Assembly (NCBI GenBank): GCA_965216705.1 | Contig: OZ244203.1 | Coordinates: 525,845-589,844 of the forward strand | Reading direction: 5' to 3' | From: Verrucomicrobiales bacterium | GTDB lineage: Bacteria; Verrucomicrobiota; Verrucomicrobiia; Verrucomicrobiales; DEV007 | Length of the DNA: 64,000 nt | Shown: piece by piece, positions 19,718 through 29,670 of the stretch | Layout of the letters: every line of letters begins with the position of its first letter | Numbering within the stretch: position 1 is the first letter of the stretch | Notes under the pieces: model-generated | The model's database searches: none | The model's input: only the letters and a program-made list of their open reading frames with translations | What the model was told of the DNA's origin: nothing | Position numbers and translations under genes: made by a program

Positions 19718-20455
19718 TCACTCGCCCTTCAATGCGAGGTAAGCCTTCGCTTCCTTCTCCGAATACTCACGGATGTAGATGTTCCGCCACGAAATCTCAC
19801 CGCCGTGGGTTTGCAGTTGGATAGGACCTGACTCGTAGATCGGCTCCTTCGGCTTGAAGTAGTTCCGCATCTTGGCGTGATCGACGACCAGCTTACCGTT
19901 CAGGTAGACCGTCACATACTCACCCACCATGGTGATGCTCACCTGGTTCCACTCTCCGAAGGGTTTGTCGGCGAGAACCAGTGGATCCTTGCCCGGCATG
20001 TCCTTGTTGTTCCAGAGCCCACCGGAACCCTTGTCGGCACCGAGTTTGAATTTCTTTTCCTCCGTCGAATCCCAGATCTGGACCTGGGGCACGCCCCGCA
20101 AGTAAATCCCGCTGTCCGCCAACGGCACCGTCTTGTACTCGAGCCGAAGCTCGAAGTCAGCATAGTCCTTGTCAGTGGTCAAATAGAGACCCTTGCCGTC
20201 GTTGTGAAGCACGCCGTCGACGACAGTCCAATGAGCATGGATATCCTCGAGAGTGGATTCTTTGTGTGCCTCAAGTTCCTCGGCAGTCATCTCCTTGAGC
20301 TTCGCCGGATCTTCAGTCTTGCGACCAAACCAGCCGGAGAGATCCTTACCGTTAAACAAAGGCGTAAATCCTTCCGGGACATCTTCAGCACCGGCAGGAA
20401 CATGAAACGACAAGGCGATGCCGAGGCTCAGAAAAATTCGAAATCGGGAATTCAT
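19718..20455 (-). CDS. DUF1080 / 3-keto-disaccharide hydrolase family protein
   Basis: Signal peptide; GFTPLFNGKDLSGW, DFELRLEYK, DSGIYLRG, GEWN, GPIQLQTHG, WRNIYIRE. Confidence 0.9.
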   Translation of the reverse strand: MNSRFRIFLSLGIALSFHVPAGAEDVPEGFTPLFNGKDLSGWFGRKTEDPAKLKEMTAEELEAHKESTLEDIHAHWTVVDGVLHNDGKGLYLTTDKDYADFELRLEYKTVPLADSGIYLRGVPQVQIWDSTEEKKFKLGADKGSGGLWNNKDMPGKDPLVLADKPFGEWNQVSITMVGEYVTVYLNGKLVVDHAKMRNYFKPKEPIYESGPIQLQTHGGEISWRNIYIREYSEKEAKAYLALKGE

Positions 20456-20459
20456 AAGA

Positions 20460-21842
20460 TCAGTTGGGATTTAATGCCGGCAGGGACGCCGCTGCAATAG
20501 CCTGACCATGCCGTTTCATTTTCTCATTAGGAATCGTGAGCTGGATCGTTTCGGCCAATTCAGGAAACTCAGACTGCAACACTTCGCGAGCCCGGTCGAT
20601 CAGCAAATCACCTCCCGAGCCTGACGTCACCCGTCCCATGATAATAAGCGTGTTGATGTCGTAGAACTCCGCGTAGTGCGCCACGTTATATCCGAAGCAG
20701 GTCCCGAGTGTTTCGTAGATTTTCACCGCCCGCTCATCACCGGCTTCCATCGCACTCTGCACTTCGATCAATTGGTCAGGAAACGACAGTTCTCCAAAGT
20801 CGAAGCCGGCTTTCCCCGTGAGCCGGGCCACTGCCTGCTGCGAGCAGAATTGGGCGCCGCATCCTTCATCTCCTGACCATTCGTCAACGGGACCGCCGTC
20901 ACGATAATCCACCGGAGCGAAGGCCAACTCGTTCAACCGCGGGGTGACCTGGCCGTTCAAATCGACATAACCCACCGCCTCGGACGTACCCATGGCGATT
21001 CCCATGACACCGTGTGTGTCGAGACTCATGGCGCCTGCCAGAGCCGTAACATCTCCATCATTCACAATTTCGAACGGTGTCTCTGGAAAGTGCTTGCCCA
21101 TCAGGTCAGTGAACATCGGCTCTACACTGGACTTGAAGGTATCGTGATCGGTCACCCCGCGAAACAGCGACGCCAGCCGAACTTGGTTATTGATGTAGAC
21201 ACCGGCTGCCGACCCTCCAATGGCATCCACCTGCGGAAGATGTCCCGCCGCAGTCATCAGGGAATGCAACACGCCACGGTAATGATAACGGGGGTCCTCC
21301 TGGAAATACGGATCCCACTCCACTTCTTCTGAATACACCACCTCGCCGTCAATCAAAGCCGCACACTTGCGATCAGATCCGCCGAGATCAAACCCGATCC
21401 GGCAGCCGTCCAGATTTCGGCCCAGAGCCACGGTGCTCTGACTCTCATCCGGCAGCTCTTCTTTCCCGGCAGATGAAATGGTAATCGCCTCACCGAAGAC
21501 CTTGTGCCCAAGAGTATCACTGTCGAACTGTCGGGCTCCGTCACCGGAGTAGGATTCCGCCAGGCGGGTGGTCAGTGCGTCGTCACCGTGGATCAAGACG
21601 CGGCTGCCTCCCTTGGCCCAGAGCAAAAATTTCAAGAGGCGCTCCACATAACGAAAGTTGAGCGGCACGTTTCCGTTCACCGGGCTGAGGATTTTCGTCT
21701 CGTAGCGAAACGTCACCCCGTCCGGCCGCGATATTGAAATTGCCAATTCCCTGGAGTCAGGATCTTCTTTCACTTTCTTGCGAAAGTCGCGATTCCACAA
21801 CGCAGCGGGAACAAATCCGGGATCAAGGACAGGCGTGATCAT
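20460..21842 (-). CDS. ROK-family protein (probable sugar kinase) with N-terminal extension
   Basis: IGFDLGGSDRK, IGGSAAG, IVNDGDVTALAG, GIAMGTSEAVG motifs; lacks the CxCGxxGC zinc motif. Confidence 0.8.
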   Translation of the reverse strand: MITPVLDPGFVPAALWNRDFRKKVKEDPDSRELAISISRPDGVTFRYETKILSPVNGNVPLNFRYVERLLKFLLWAKGGSRVLIHGDDALTTRLAESYSGDGARQFDSDTLGHKVFGEAITISSAGKEELPDESQSTVALGRNLDGCRIGFDLGGSDRKCAALIDGEVVYSEEVEWDPYFQEDPRYHYRGVLHSLMTAAGHLPQVDAIGGSAAGVYINNQVRLASLFRGVTDHDTFKSSVEPMFTDLMGKHFPETPFEIVNDGDVTALAGAMSLDTHGVMGIAMGTSEAVGYVDLNGQVTPRLNELAFAPVDYRDGGPVDEWSGDEGCGAQFCSQQAVARLTGKAGFDFGELSFPDQLIEVQSAMEAGDERAVKIYETLGTCFGYNVAHYAEFYDINTLIIMGRVTSGSGGDLLIDRAREVLQSEFPELAETIQLTIPNEKMKRHGQAIAAASLPALNPN

Positions 21843-21941
21843 ATTACTTTAGGCTTGAATGTTGCCGGAAATGAAACCGCGTCGGCCGACAAATCACAAC
21901 ACGCCTGCCCCTGTCCCTCTTTGGCACACCCCACCGGAAAA

Positions 21942-23057
21942 TCACTTCGACAACTGAGGGCGAGTCACTGTCATCCCGTCGAGGAACTCTGGAACGAACC
22001 GATAATCCCGTCCGCTTGCGCCATCCCCTTCCAGCAGCTGGATCAGCTGGCGAAGGAAACAGCGTTCGTAGTCTCCGGTCGGACTCAGGAACCTGGTAAT
22101 AGCCGGATGAATAAACTCCATCGTGGGAGAACTGCCGCAGCTGATCACAGAAAGATTCTCTGGAATCGAGACTCCCTGGTGGGTCAGAAAGGTCACCGTG
22201 CGAATCGCATCATGGGTTCGCCAGCAAAGCAGGGCCGTGGGCGGATCGTTGCGACCGAGACGGTCCCGCAGCAAATCGATCAGGTTGGCCTTGTCGTGAA
22301 GCAGGATCCGCTTCTTCACATCTGACGCTTTCTCGAGCGTTCGCTGCTTGAGGGTTTCTACGAAAAGGTCGCAGGCCCGCTGGTTCAGTTTACCCGGATC
22401 GCGACGCATCAGCATCATGATATTGGAAGCATCATGCCCGGCGGCTTCAAAGCGTTGGATGGCCTGATCAATGACAGCCTCGGCATCCATGTCTACCGAA
22501 GTGAAGGAGACTTTCGGATCACGCCCACCCAGGACGAGGGCCCGCTCCCCGTTGTCGTAGCACCATCGCTGCACCGCGCCCGAGCAGTCGTGCAACAACC
22601 AGACCGAACGGGGAAACTGTTCTTTCAACTGGCCCAGGTTGCGATTGAGCGCCTTGGCTGTCTTTACTTCAATCCGCCTCGGCACGAGCTGAATACCTCG
22701 TTTGCTCAGCTCCTGGAAAGTCCGATTAAAAAGAATGCGTGACCTCGTGATTCCCTGTTCTTCGGCGTAGGGACTGATCAGCAGCACATGATCAGGGACC
22801 ACGGAGGCTGCTGTTCCTCCTTCGGCTTTCGTAAGAATCTGGCGGGGCTTTCCGGGACTGGTTCCGATGACGCCGTTTTCCTCCAGCCTCTGCAGGGCGG
22901 AACGAATGGAACGGCGCCCCACACCATAGTGGTTGGTCAGCTGATGTTCACCGGGCAAGGTGCCGGCCCACTGCCCGCTGGCAATGTCAGCTTCAATCGC
23001 ATCGGCCACCTTTCTCCAAAGCGGCTGGCGCGAGATGGTGTGGTTGGCCCCGCTCAC
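21942..23057 (-). CDS. GntR-HTH transcriptional regulator with LacI/periplasmic-binding-type effector domain
   Basis: LPGEHQLTNHYGVGRRSIRSALQRL HTH; C-terminal PTALL...IPENLSVIS...PAIT. Confidence 0.85.
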   Translation of the reverse strand: MSGANHTISRQPLWRKVADAIEADIASGQWAGTLPGEHQLTNHYGVGRRSIRSALQRLEENGVIGTSPGKPRQILTKAEGGTAASVVPDHVLLISPYAEEQGITRSRILFNRTFQELSKRGIQLVPRRIEVKTAKALNRNLGQLKEQFPRSVWLLHDCSGAVQRWCYDNGERALVLGGRDPKVSFTSVDMDAEAVIDQAIQRFEAAGHDASNIMMLMRRDPGKLNQRACDLFVETLKQRTLEKASDVKKRILLHDKANLIDLLRDRLGRNDPPTALLCWRTHDAIRTVTFLTHQGVSIPENLSVISCGSSPTMEFIHPAITRFLSPTGDYERCFLRQLIQLLEGDGASGRDYRFVPEFLDGMTVTRPQLSK

Positions 23058-24145
23058 AACTCAATACATTTGCCCTGCTCGGCGGCTTCCTGTGCTGCCA
23101 GAACAATTCGCAGGCTGTTCAGTGCGTCTTCGATGTGGCGGGTCATATCGACCTCGCCCCGAATCGCCTTGAGAAACAATTCCTGTTCCCGTTCGCAAAG
23201 ATCATCGTGCCCAGGCTCGTCTTCAAGATCGATGTACCGGTCCGGCTCCACGAAGGCGCCGTTTTCATCGAGAGCTCCACGATGCACCAGCAGGCTCTCG
23301 GTACGGGTGTGGGAATCCACATTGTCGCTTTCCTTCCCTTCACCTTCCTTGGCAGCGATGCTGACACAACCTTTCGGCCCGACCACGTCTTTCACAAAGT
23401 GCGCCGTTGTGCTCATCATCGGCCCCCAGCCTGCCTCATACCAACCGACAGAACCATCTTCGAAAGTGATCTGCATCTGGCCGTAGTTGCACTGGTCGCC
23501 AACTTCATCAGAAAGGTGAGCCTGGATCGCACTGACACGCACCGGCTTCGACTCGGTCATCTGGCACATCACATCAACGTAATGCACGCCGCAATCCACC
23601 ATCGGAGGAAGAGATGACATGATATTTTTGTGGGTCTGCCAGTTGTCCCCGTGACTCTGCTGGTTCAGGTTCATCCGCATCACAAGCGGCTTCCCGAGCT
23701 GCTGAGCCTGGTTCACGAATTCCATCCAGGAAGGATGAACCCGCAGGATGTAACCAATCGTGATCGCTTTGCCCGTTTCTTTTGCCACGCGAACCACTTC
23801 CTCAGCCTCTGCCACCGTCTCGGCGATCGGCTTCTCAAGAAAGACATGCGCCCCTGCCTTCATCGCTTTGATCGCGTAGTCGGCGTGCGTGTCCGGAAAG
23901 GTATTGATTGAAACAGCGTCAGGCTTCAGTTCTTCCAGGGCCTGTTCGTAGCTGTCGAAGCCGGGCCAGGTCTCTGCAAGCTCTGCGAACATGGCTTCCC
24001 GACTGGCACTGGTGCGACTGACGACACCGACAATTTCAAATCCATCCAGTTTCTGGTAGGCCTTGGCGTGGGATTTCCCCATGTGGCCGCAGCCGACGAC
24101 AAGAACTCTTACGGGTTGATTGTTATCCATAGTTTTTGAAATCAC
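23054..24145 (-). CDS. Gfo/Idh/MocA family oxidoreductase
   Basis: VVGCGHMG Rossmann motif, HVFLEKPIA, DCGVHYVD. Confidence 0.9.
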   Translation of the reverse strand: MISKTMDNNQPVRVLVVGCGHMGKSHAKAYQKLDGFEIVGVVSRTSASREAMFAELAETWPGFDSYEQALEELKPDAVSINTFPDTHADYAIKAMKAGAHVFLEKPIAETVAEAEEVVRVAKETGKAITIGYILRVHPSWMEFVNQAQQLGKPLVMRMNLNQQSHGDNWQTHKNIMSSLPPMVDCGVHYVDVMCQMTESKPVRVSAIQAHLSDEVGDQCNYGQMQITFEDGSVGWYEAGWGPMMSTTAHFVKDVVGPKGCVSIAAKEGEGKESDNVDSHTRTESLLVHRGALDENGAFVEPDRYIDLEDEPGHDDLCEREQELFLKAIRGEVDMTRHIEDALNSLRIVLAAQEAAEQGKCIEL

Positions 24146-25011
24146 TTCTCCCAGGTCGCAAGACGCTGCTCGGTTTCATCGCGAAAACGCTCGACGGCAT
24201 TCAATGCAAACTGCCTCGCAGATGTCGCAGGATCATCCAGCAATCCTGACAGGTCCACCGCCAGGGATGCCTGGGAAAATTCATCACTGGAGTGGGATTC
24301 GCCGTAGGTGGCGTTGGCATGACGATGCCCGATCTCTCCCAAATCGTATCGCTTACCCCCGGCAATCTGGGAATCAAACACTCCGATCAAAGCCTGCGCA
24401 AGATGCTCGCGCCGACCGCTATCCAGGGTCAGCTTCTGAGTCGAGGACAACCAGTCGAGCTTGCCCCAGACTTCAGCCCCGAGAAAGGTCTCCGGCCTTT
24501 GTTCCCCGGGAAGTCGGCGGAGTGCCTCGAGGGCATGATAAAACACTGCGATATGCGTCGCGTGACGATCCAGCGGCTGGTGAGAGGTCACCTCCCCGGC
24601 TCCGGCTGCTACGAGGATGGCTTCCAAGTCAGCAACCAGACTGTCGTTGATACCGTCTTTGATTTCGCTGCTCTGGTAATCGAGTTGAATCACCACACTG
24701 TAATCCCCCAGCATCGCCGCACGAATCTGTTCACGCCGACGAATCTCACGCATCTCATCATCGGAATAGTTTTCGTAGGGGCCGGTTCTTGAACTGCCCC
24801 GCCCGTCGGTGACGACGACACCGGCAAACCAGGCATCCGGGTTTTCAAAGCAACTCTCGATCGCCGGGTAAGCCGCGATCTCGAGATCATCGTGATGAGC
24901 CCCGATGGCGAGGTGCGTCGTCCGCGCCAGTGCTTCCTGGACTGTCACACCATCCGGAACGAAAATATCGGCCCCGGCATTCGACAGGGAGAATTTTTCA
25001 AGAGCGATCAT
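24142..25011 (-). CDS. PIG-L/LmbE family deacetylase
   Basis: AIGAHHDDLE metal motif, TDGRG, RRREQ..AA, HQPLDRHATH second His motif. Confidence 0.85.
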   Translation of the reverse strand: MIALEKFSLSNAGADIFVPDGVTVQEALARTTHLAIGAHHDDLEIAAYPAIESCFENPDAWFAGVVVTDGRGSSRTGPYENYSDDEMREIRRREQIRAAMLGDYSVVIQLDYQSSEIKDGINDSLVADLEAILVAAGAGEVTSHQPLDRHATHIAVFYHALEALRRLPGEQRPETFLGAEVWGKLDWLSSTQKLTLDSGRREHLAQALIGVFDSQIAGGKRYDLGEIGHRHANATYGESHSSDEFSQASLAVDLSGLLDDPATSARQFALNAVERFRDETEQRLATWEK

Positions 25012-26858
25012 AAATTTTCCACCTTCACGCGTTGAAAGACTTCCATGGCCTCGTATTCCGCGAGCCCGAGCTCATCGTAGGCAGCCGCAACGGAACGATC
25101 ATCGTTGAGTGACTCCTCATTCCGAAGGTCAACGACCGCACGCAGACGCTGCAGGGCATTCCCCTTCAACTCATGCTGCACCGGACTGATCGGAACAGAC
25201 ATGTCGATTTCATAGGGCTTCAGTGCCTCTTCACGATGGCGGTAACACCAGATGTGATCCGTTGTGATCGTAAACTTCCGGATGGCGGCAGCCACCAGTT
25301 GAAAAGCGATTCCCTGCGGACTCATCGGATCGGCAACCGAGCCCGCGACAAAAACGAGATTCGGATTCAACGTTTCCAGCAACTTTGCGACCGCTTCATG
25401 GTCAGCATCGGTGACATGAAACTGGCGAAATCTGCCTGATTCGTAAAATGGCAGGTCGAGAAATTGAAGCGCTTCTTCATCAATCCCCAGCGCGGAAGCA
25501 CTGTCGACCACCTCGGCCCGGAGAATCGCGGATTTCAGTTTCCTCACCTCCGGATTTAAAGCCGCTTCGGCATCACCGACCTGGAGACGCTCCACGTGAT
25601 CACCCAGTTGATGAGAAATTTGCTCCGACTGCCCCACTGTCTTGAGGCAGCGAATCAACTTGAGAGCTTCCTGGTCGCGCACTCTCAGATTCCCTGACGT
25701 CAGTGCAGCGAGGGTAACGTGATGGCCCTGCTCCTTGAGGCGATTGATAGTCGCTCCCATCCCCACGAGGGCGTCCTGCGGTTCCGCCGAAAAGATTACC
25801 GCGTGCTTAGGATGGGGGGTCGACTTCTCCGGTCGGGTCTCTTCATTCGCATCCGGCTTACCTCCCGGCCAACCGGTGATGGTGTGCTGGAAATCATTAA
25901 ACGTCGCGATATTGAGCGAATAGGAGTTCTCCCCTTCGGCGATCAGGTCACCGAGGCCGGATTCGTTGTAATCATCGTCCACCAGCTTGAGGATAGGCTT
26001 CTCCGTCTTGCCGGAAGCCCACGAAATCGCCCGACGCTTCATCCGTCGGGTCCAGGAAATCGAATCCACCAGCCACGGGTATCGCAAGCGGGTCAGGTCA
26101 CCGGCAGCCGCCTCGTCGAGGACAAACTCCGCGTTGGAATGACGCTGCAGGAAACTGGCCGTCACCACTTCGCTTTCCGGCTCCTCAACCGCAATGCGAA
26201 CCACGTCAGCCTTACCCTTGCCCCAGGCGAGCAGGAAGACCTTGTCTGCTTCGAGGATGGTTCCGACCCCCATTGTCACCGCCGTTCGCGGGACGTTGTG
26301 GAACCCCTGGAAGTCGGCCGACGCATCGAGTCGCGTGATTCGATCCAAAGTCACCACACGAGTCCGGGATGTCACCGGGGAACCGGGTTCGTTGAAACCG
26401 ATGTGACCGCTTCGACCGATACCGAGCAGCTGGATATCAATACCTCCCGCTTCACGAATCTTCTGCTCGTAGGCAGCACACTTGTTCTCAAGTTCCTCTG
26501 CCGAATCACCTGAGGCGTTGGGGATATTCGTCCGCCCTTCGCCGATGTCGACATGATCGAACAACTGCTCACGCATGAATCGCGTGTAACTCTCGGGGTG
26601 ATTCGCATCGAGCCCGCTGTATTCGTCGAGGTTAAAGGTGGTGACGTTAGAAAAGCTGAGCCCCTCCTCCCGGTGCAAACGGATCAATTCCCGATACACC
26701 GGAATCGGGGTCGAACCGGTGGCCAGCCCAAGAACAGCATCACGACCTTCCTCCTGGCGCGATCGAATCAAACTGGCTATTTCAGCAGCGACCCGGCAGG
26801 CCGCTTCTCCAGCCTCCGGATACACCTGAACGGGGATCTTCTCGTAACGGTCGTGCAT
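25008..26858 (-). CDS. nagB: Glucosamine-6-phosphate deaminase, long form with degenerate PIG-L-like C-terminal domain
   Basis: GLATGSTP, TFNLDEY, LLGIGRSGHIGFNEPGS, TMGVGTI; start taken at MHDRYEKIP (ATG 26858). Confidence 0.9.
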   Translation of the reverse strand: MHDRYEKIPVQVYPEAGEAACRVAAEIASLIRSRQEEGRDAVLGLATGSTPIPVYRELIRLHREEGLSFSNVTTFNLDEYSGLDANHPESYTRFMREQLFDHVDIGEGRTNIPNASGDSAEELENKCAAYEQKIREAGGIDIQLLGIGRSGHIGFNEPGSPVTSRTRVVTLDRITRLDASADFQGFHNVPRTAVTMGVGTILEADKVFLLAWGKGKADVVRIAVEEPESEVVTASFLQRHSNAEFVLDEAAAGDLTRLRYPWLVDSISWTRRMKRRAISWASGKTEKPILKLVDDDYNESGLGDLIAEGENSYSLNIATFNDFQHTITGWPGGKPDANEETRPEKSTPHPKHAVIFSAEPQDALVGMGATINRLKEQGHHVTLAALTSGNLRVRDQEALKLIRCLKTVGQSEQISHQLGDHVERLQVGDAEAALNPEVRKLKSAILRAEVVDSASALGIDEEALQFLDLPFYESGRFRQFHVTDADHEAVAKLLETLNPNLVFVAGSVADPMSPQGIAFQLVAAAIRKFTITTDHIWCYRHREEALKPYEIDMSVPISPVQHELKGNALQRLRAVVDLRNEESLNDDRSVAAAYDELGLAEYEAMEVFQRVKVENL

Positions 26859-26958
26859 ATCACCCACAGTCTGCCAAGCGCAGTCCTTCCAGCAACGCTG
26901 CGAAGGATGTCCCATTATGGGACACCTCAAGGTGAATTCAAAGCGCCAAATTGGTCCC

Positions 26959-27408
26959 TCAATCGACTCCCCGCACGCCAATAGTCACGAGGATATTGGC
27001 GAACTTCTGCTGATCCGCCGTCTGAATGGTCAACACATGATCGGGTTGGCCGGCTGCTTCATAGAACGCGAAGCGCTCAATCGTTCCGAAATCGACTTCG
27101 ATGTTCGAATCACGAAATACCTGGCGATACTCTTCCCATACCGACGGCTCTTCGGTGAGCGCATACGGTCCTGTCGTCTGATACATCATCAAGTCTGCCG
27201 CTTCGATCGGGACAGCGGTGACCAGCGCCGCCAGGACCTGACTGCAGGTCGGGATCCCCGGTGAGAGGTTCAAGCTGACCAGTTCTGCCCTGGGTCCGAG
27301 CGCTGACGAAGCCGGGTAGTTGCCGTCAGCAATAAGAACTTTGCTGCCGTGACCTGCCCGGCCCAGCACTTCGTTGATCTTCGGATGAATCAATTGGTGT
27401 TTCAGCAT
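26959..27408 (-). CDS. RbsD/FucU family mutarotase/pyranase
   Basis: GHGSKVLIADGNYP, ERFAFYEAA, IQTADQ..FANI motifs. Confidence 0.88.
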   Translation of the reverse strand: MLKHQLIHPKINEVLGRAGHGSKVLIADGNYPASSALGPRAELVSLNLSPGIPTCSQVLAALVTAVPIEAADLMMYQTTGPYALTEEPSVWEEYRQVFRDSNIEVDFGTIERFAFYEAAGQPDHVLTIQTADQQKFANILVTIGVRGVD

Positions 27409-27414
27409 GGCACT

Positions 27415-28242
27415 CTACAAGGCATAAACTCTCATCGCATTCCGCCCCATGATATCAGCCCGCTCATCGGCCGACAGCTCATTCATCAATGAGCCGACCG
27501 TAGCGACCCAGGCTTCGTAGTCGGTCTTCAATAGGCACACCGGCCAGTCACTACCGAACATCAGGCGCCCCGGACCAAACGCTTCAAGGGCCACCTCCCA
27601 GTAGGGGCGAATCAAATCCTTCGACCAGCCCTTGTCACGAACCTCGGTGACGACACCGGAGAATTTGCACACCAGGTTCTCGCGCTTCGCGATTTCGCGA
27701 AAATCCTTCTCCCACTGCTGATCGAACGATGCCTCACTGATCACGGGTTTGGCAATGTGATCCAGGACCATCGGCAAATCCGGGTGTTGATCGACAAACC
27801 GAATTGATGCCGGTAGCTGCTTCCCGAAAATCAGGACGTCGTATACCAGGCCAAAGGCTCCTAACAGACTCACACCCCGGTTAAACTCTTCACCAAGAAT
27901 AAACTCCGGATCCGGCTCGCCCTGCACCACATGGCGAATCCCCTTAAGCCAGGGCGACGAAACTGAATCAAGGGTCTTCTCCACCTCGGGGTCCGCCAGA
28001 GGCACCCATCCAACCACGCCTTTGATCAACGGGCTTTTCTCCGCGAACCCACACAGCCATTCGGTCTCCTCAATCGTCTGCCTCGCCTGAACAGAAACGA
28101 ATCCATCCATCTTTGTCGCTTTCGCAACCTTGCCCAGGTCAGCAGGACCAAAGTCCCGCTTAAGAACGTCCATTCCCTCGCCGATCCACCCGTATTCGAC
28201 GGGATCGTAATTCCAGAAGTGATGATGACTGTCGATGCGCAT
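27415..28242 (-). CDS. Amidohydrolase_2 family sugar lactonase (L-fuconolactonase-like)
   Basis: IDSHHHFW, VQA, GVVGWV, KGIRHVVQ, VLDHIAKP, FGSDWPVC. Confidence 0.88.
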   Translation of the reverse strand: MRIDSHHHFWNYDPVEYGWIGEGMDVLKRDFGPADLGKVAKATKMDGFVSVQARQTIEETEWLCGFAEKSPLIKGVVGWVPLADPEVEKTLDSVSSPWLKGIRHVVQGEPDPEFILGEEFNRGVSLLGAFGLVYDVLIFGKQLPASIRFVDQHPDLPMVLDHIAKPVISEASFDQQWEKDFREIAKRENLVCKFSGVVTEVRDKGWSKDLIRPYWEVALEAFGPGRLMFGSDWPVCLLKTDYEAWVATVGSLMNELSADERADIMGRNAMRVYAL

Positions 28243-28245
28243 ATC

Positions 28246-29658
28246 TCAGTTTGTATAGTCTTTACCTTCCCAGCTGTCGTAGACCGAACTCTGCCATTTC
28301 TCGAGTTCTTTCAGCATTTCCATAGCACGTTCTTTTTCGCCTCCAGCGAGATCGGTCGCCTCCATGGGATCTGACTCCAGGTTGTAGAGCTCTACCCTGA
28401 CCTCATCCCCTTTCTGAATGCGGTGCAACTTCCAGGGCCAGTCGTTCCAGGCGGCATGCCCTTTGTAATCTCCGCGATCAAAGGTCGGAAATTCCTTCAC
28501 ATTCTTGAGAATTCTTTCCGGGTGCGGCGTCGGTTGCCCCGCCTGCTGAGCCTCCATCAGGGCCTTGATGATCCGATCACTGTGCGTCGACTGACCTCCC
28601 GTGTGATCATGCCAGAAGCCCATCGGCGGATGTTCCTGCTCCTTCCCGAAAAGGGCCGGTGACAGGTCGACCCCGTCCAGTTGAGGCTGATGCGACACCA
28701 CGGCACCGGCGATGCTGACGAGAGTGGGATAGATATCAGAGGACGAGGACGGGAGCGCGATCCTGGCAGGTTTTAATTTAGCCGGCCATTCTACGATTGA
28801 AGGCACCCGCAATCCCCCTTCGTAAATACTCCCCTTCTTTTTCCGTCCGCCGGAGGAGGCCTCGACCAGCCCCCCGTTGTCACTGGTGTACCAGAGGATG
28901 GTGTTGTCCTCGATCCCCATCTCACGGAGGCTCGCCCGCAACCGGGCAATCTGCTGATCAATCAAGGTGATCTCGAGGAAGTAACCCCTGCTCTTCTCAC
29001 CCGCATAGAGCTCGTCTCCACCCGGAAAATCGACTGGCACTTCGCCAAAGGGCCCATGGGGTGCTGGGAACCACGTCACCGTAAACATGGGCTTTTCGCC
29101 GTCCTTGTGCTTCTCGAGAAACTCAATCGTCGCATCCATCGAGATGACGGATCCCTGACCCTTCGGATTCTCGTAGTTCCCGTTTCGGCTCAAGTAGGGA
29201 TCAACATCGAAGAAGTTGAGCGCCGAAAACCATTCATCAAATCCGGCACCGCCCGGATTAGTTGGGCTGTCAGGCTGAACCGAGCCGATATGCCACTTCC
29301 CGAAATGGCCGGTCACATAACCGGAATCACGAAGCACCTCTGCGATGGTGACTTCATTCGGGCGCATGTAGTGCCCATGATTGGGCACATTGGTTCGGAA
29401 GGGATGGCGTCCCGTCATCACACTGGCTCTCGTCGGCGAGCAAACCGGAGCGGAAGCGTAGAAGCGTTCGAAGACGACGCTGTTCCCGGCCATTTCATCC
29501 ATCCCCGGAGTCTGGACAAAAGGATGCCCCATGAATCCGGCATCCCCCCAGCCCTGGTCATCCGCCATCACCAACAGGATGTTCGGGCGATCATCAGCCA
29601 CAGCACCTGACAGAAGCGCCAGGAAAGAAATGGTAAGTAGAATCGATTTCATCGTCAT
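28246..29658 (-). CDS. Sulfatase (Cys-type, family S1)
   Basis: MADDQGWGD, CSPTRASVMTGR, GKWHIG, SDNGG. Confidence 0.93.
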   Translation of the reverse strand: MTMKSILLTISFLALLSGAVADDRPNILLVMADDQGWGDAGFMGHPFVQTPGMDEMAGNSVVFERFYASAPVCSPTRASVMTGRHPFRTNVPNHGHYMRPNEVTIAEVLRDSGYVTGHFGKWHIGSVQPDSPTNPGGAGFDEWFSALNFFDVDPYLSRNGNYENPKGQGSVISMDATIEFLEKHKDGEKPMFTVTWFPAPHGPFGEVPVDFPGGDELYAGEKSRGYFLEITLIDQQIARLRASLREMGIEDNTILWYTSDNGGLVEASSGGRKKKGSIYEGGLRVPSIVEWPAKLKPARIALPSSSSDIYPTLVSIAGAVVSHQPQLDGVDLSPALFGKEQEHPPMGFWHDHTGGQSTHSDRIIKALMEAQQAGQPTPHPERILKNVKEFPTFDRGDYKGHAAWNDWPWKLHRIQKGDEVRVELYNLESDPMEATDLAGGEKERAMEMLKELEKWQSSVYDSWEGKDYTN

Positions 29659-29670
29659 CCAGTCTCCCGT

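Noticed and set aside
26859-26981. Upstream extension of the nagB ORF
   Set aside because: Overlaps the end of the FucU gene; recognisable NagB sequence starts at MHDRYEKIP.
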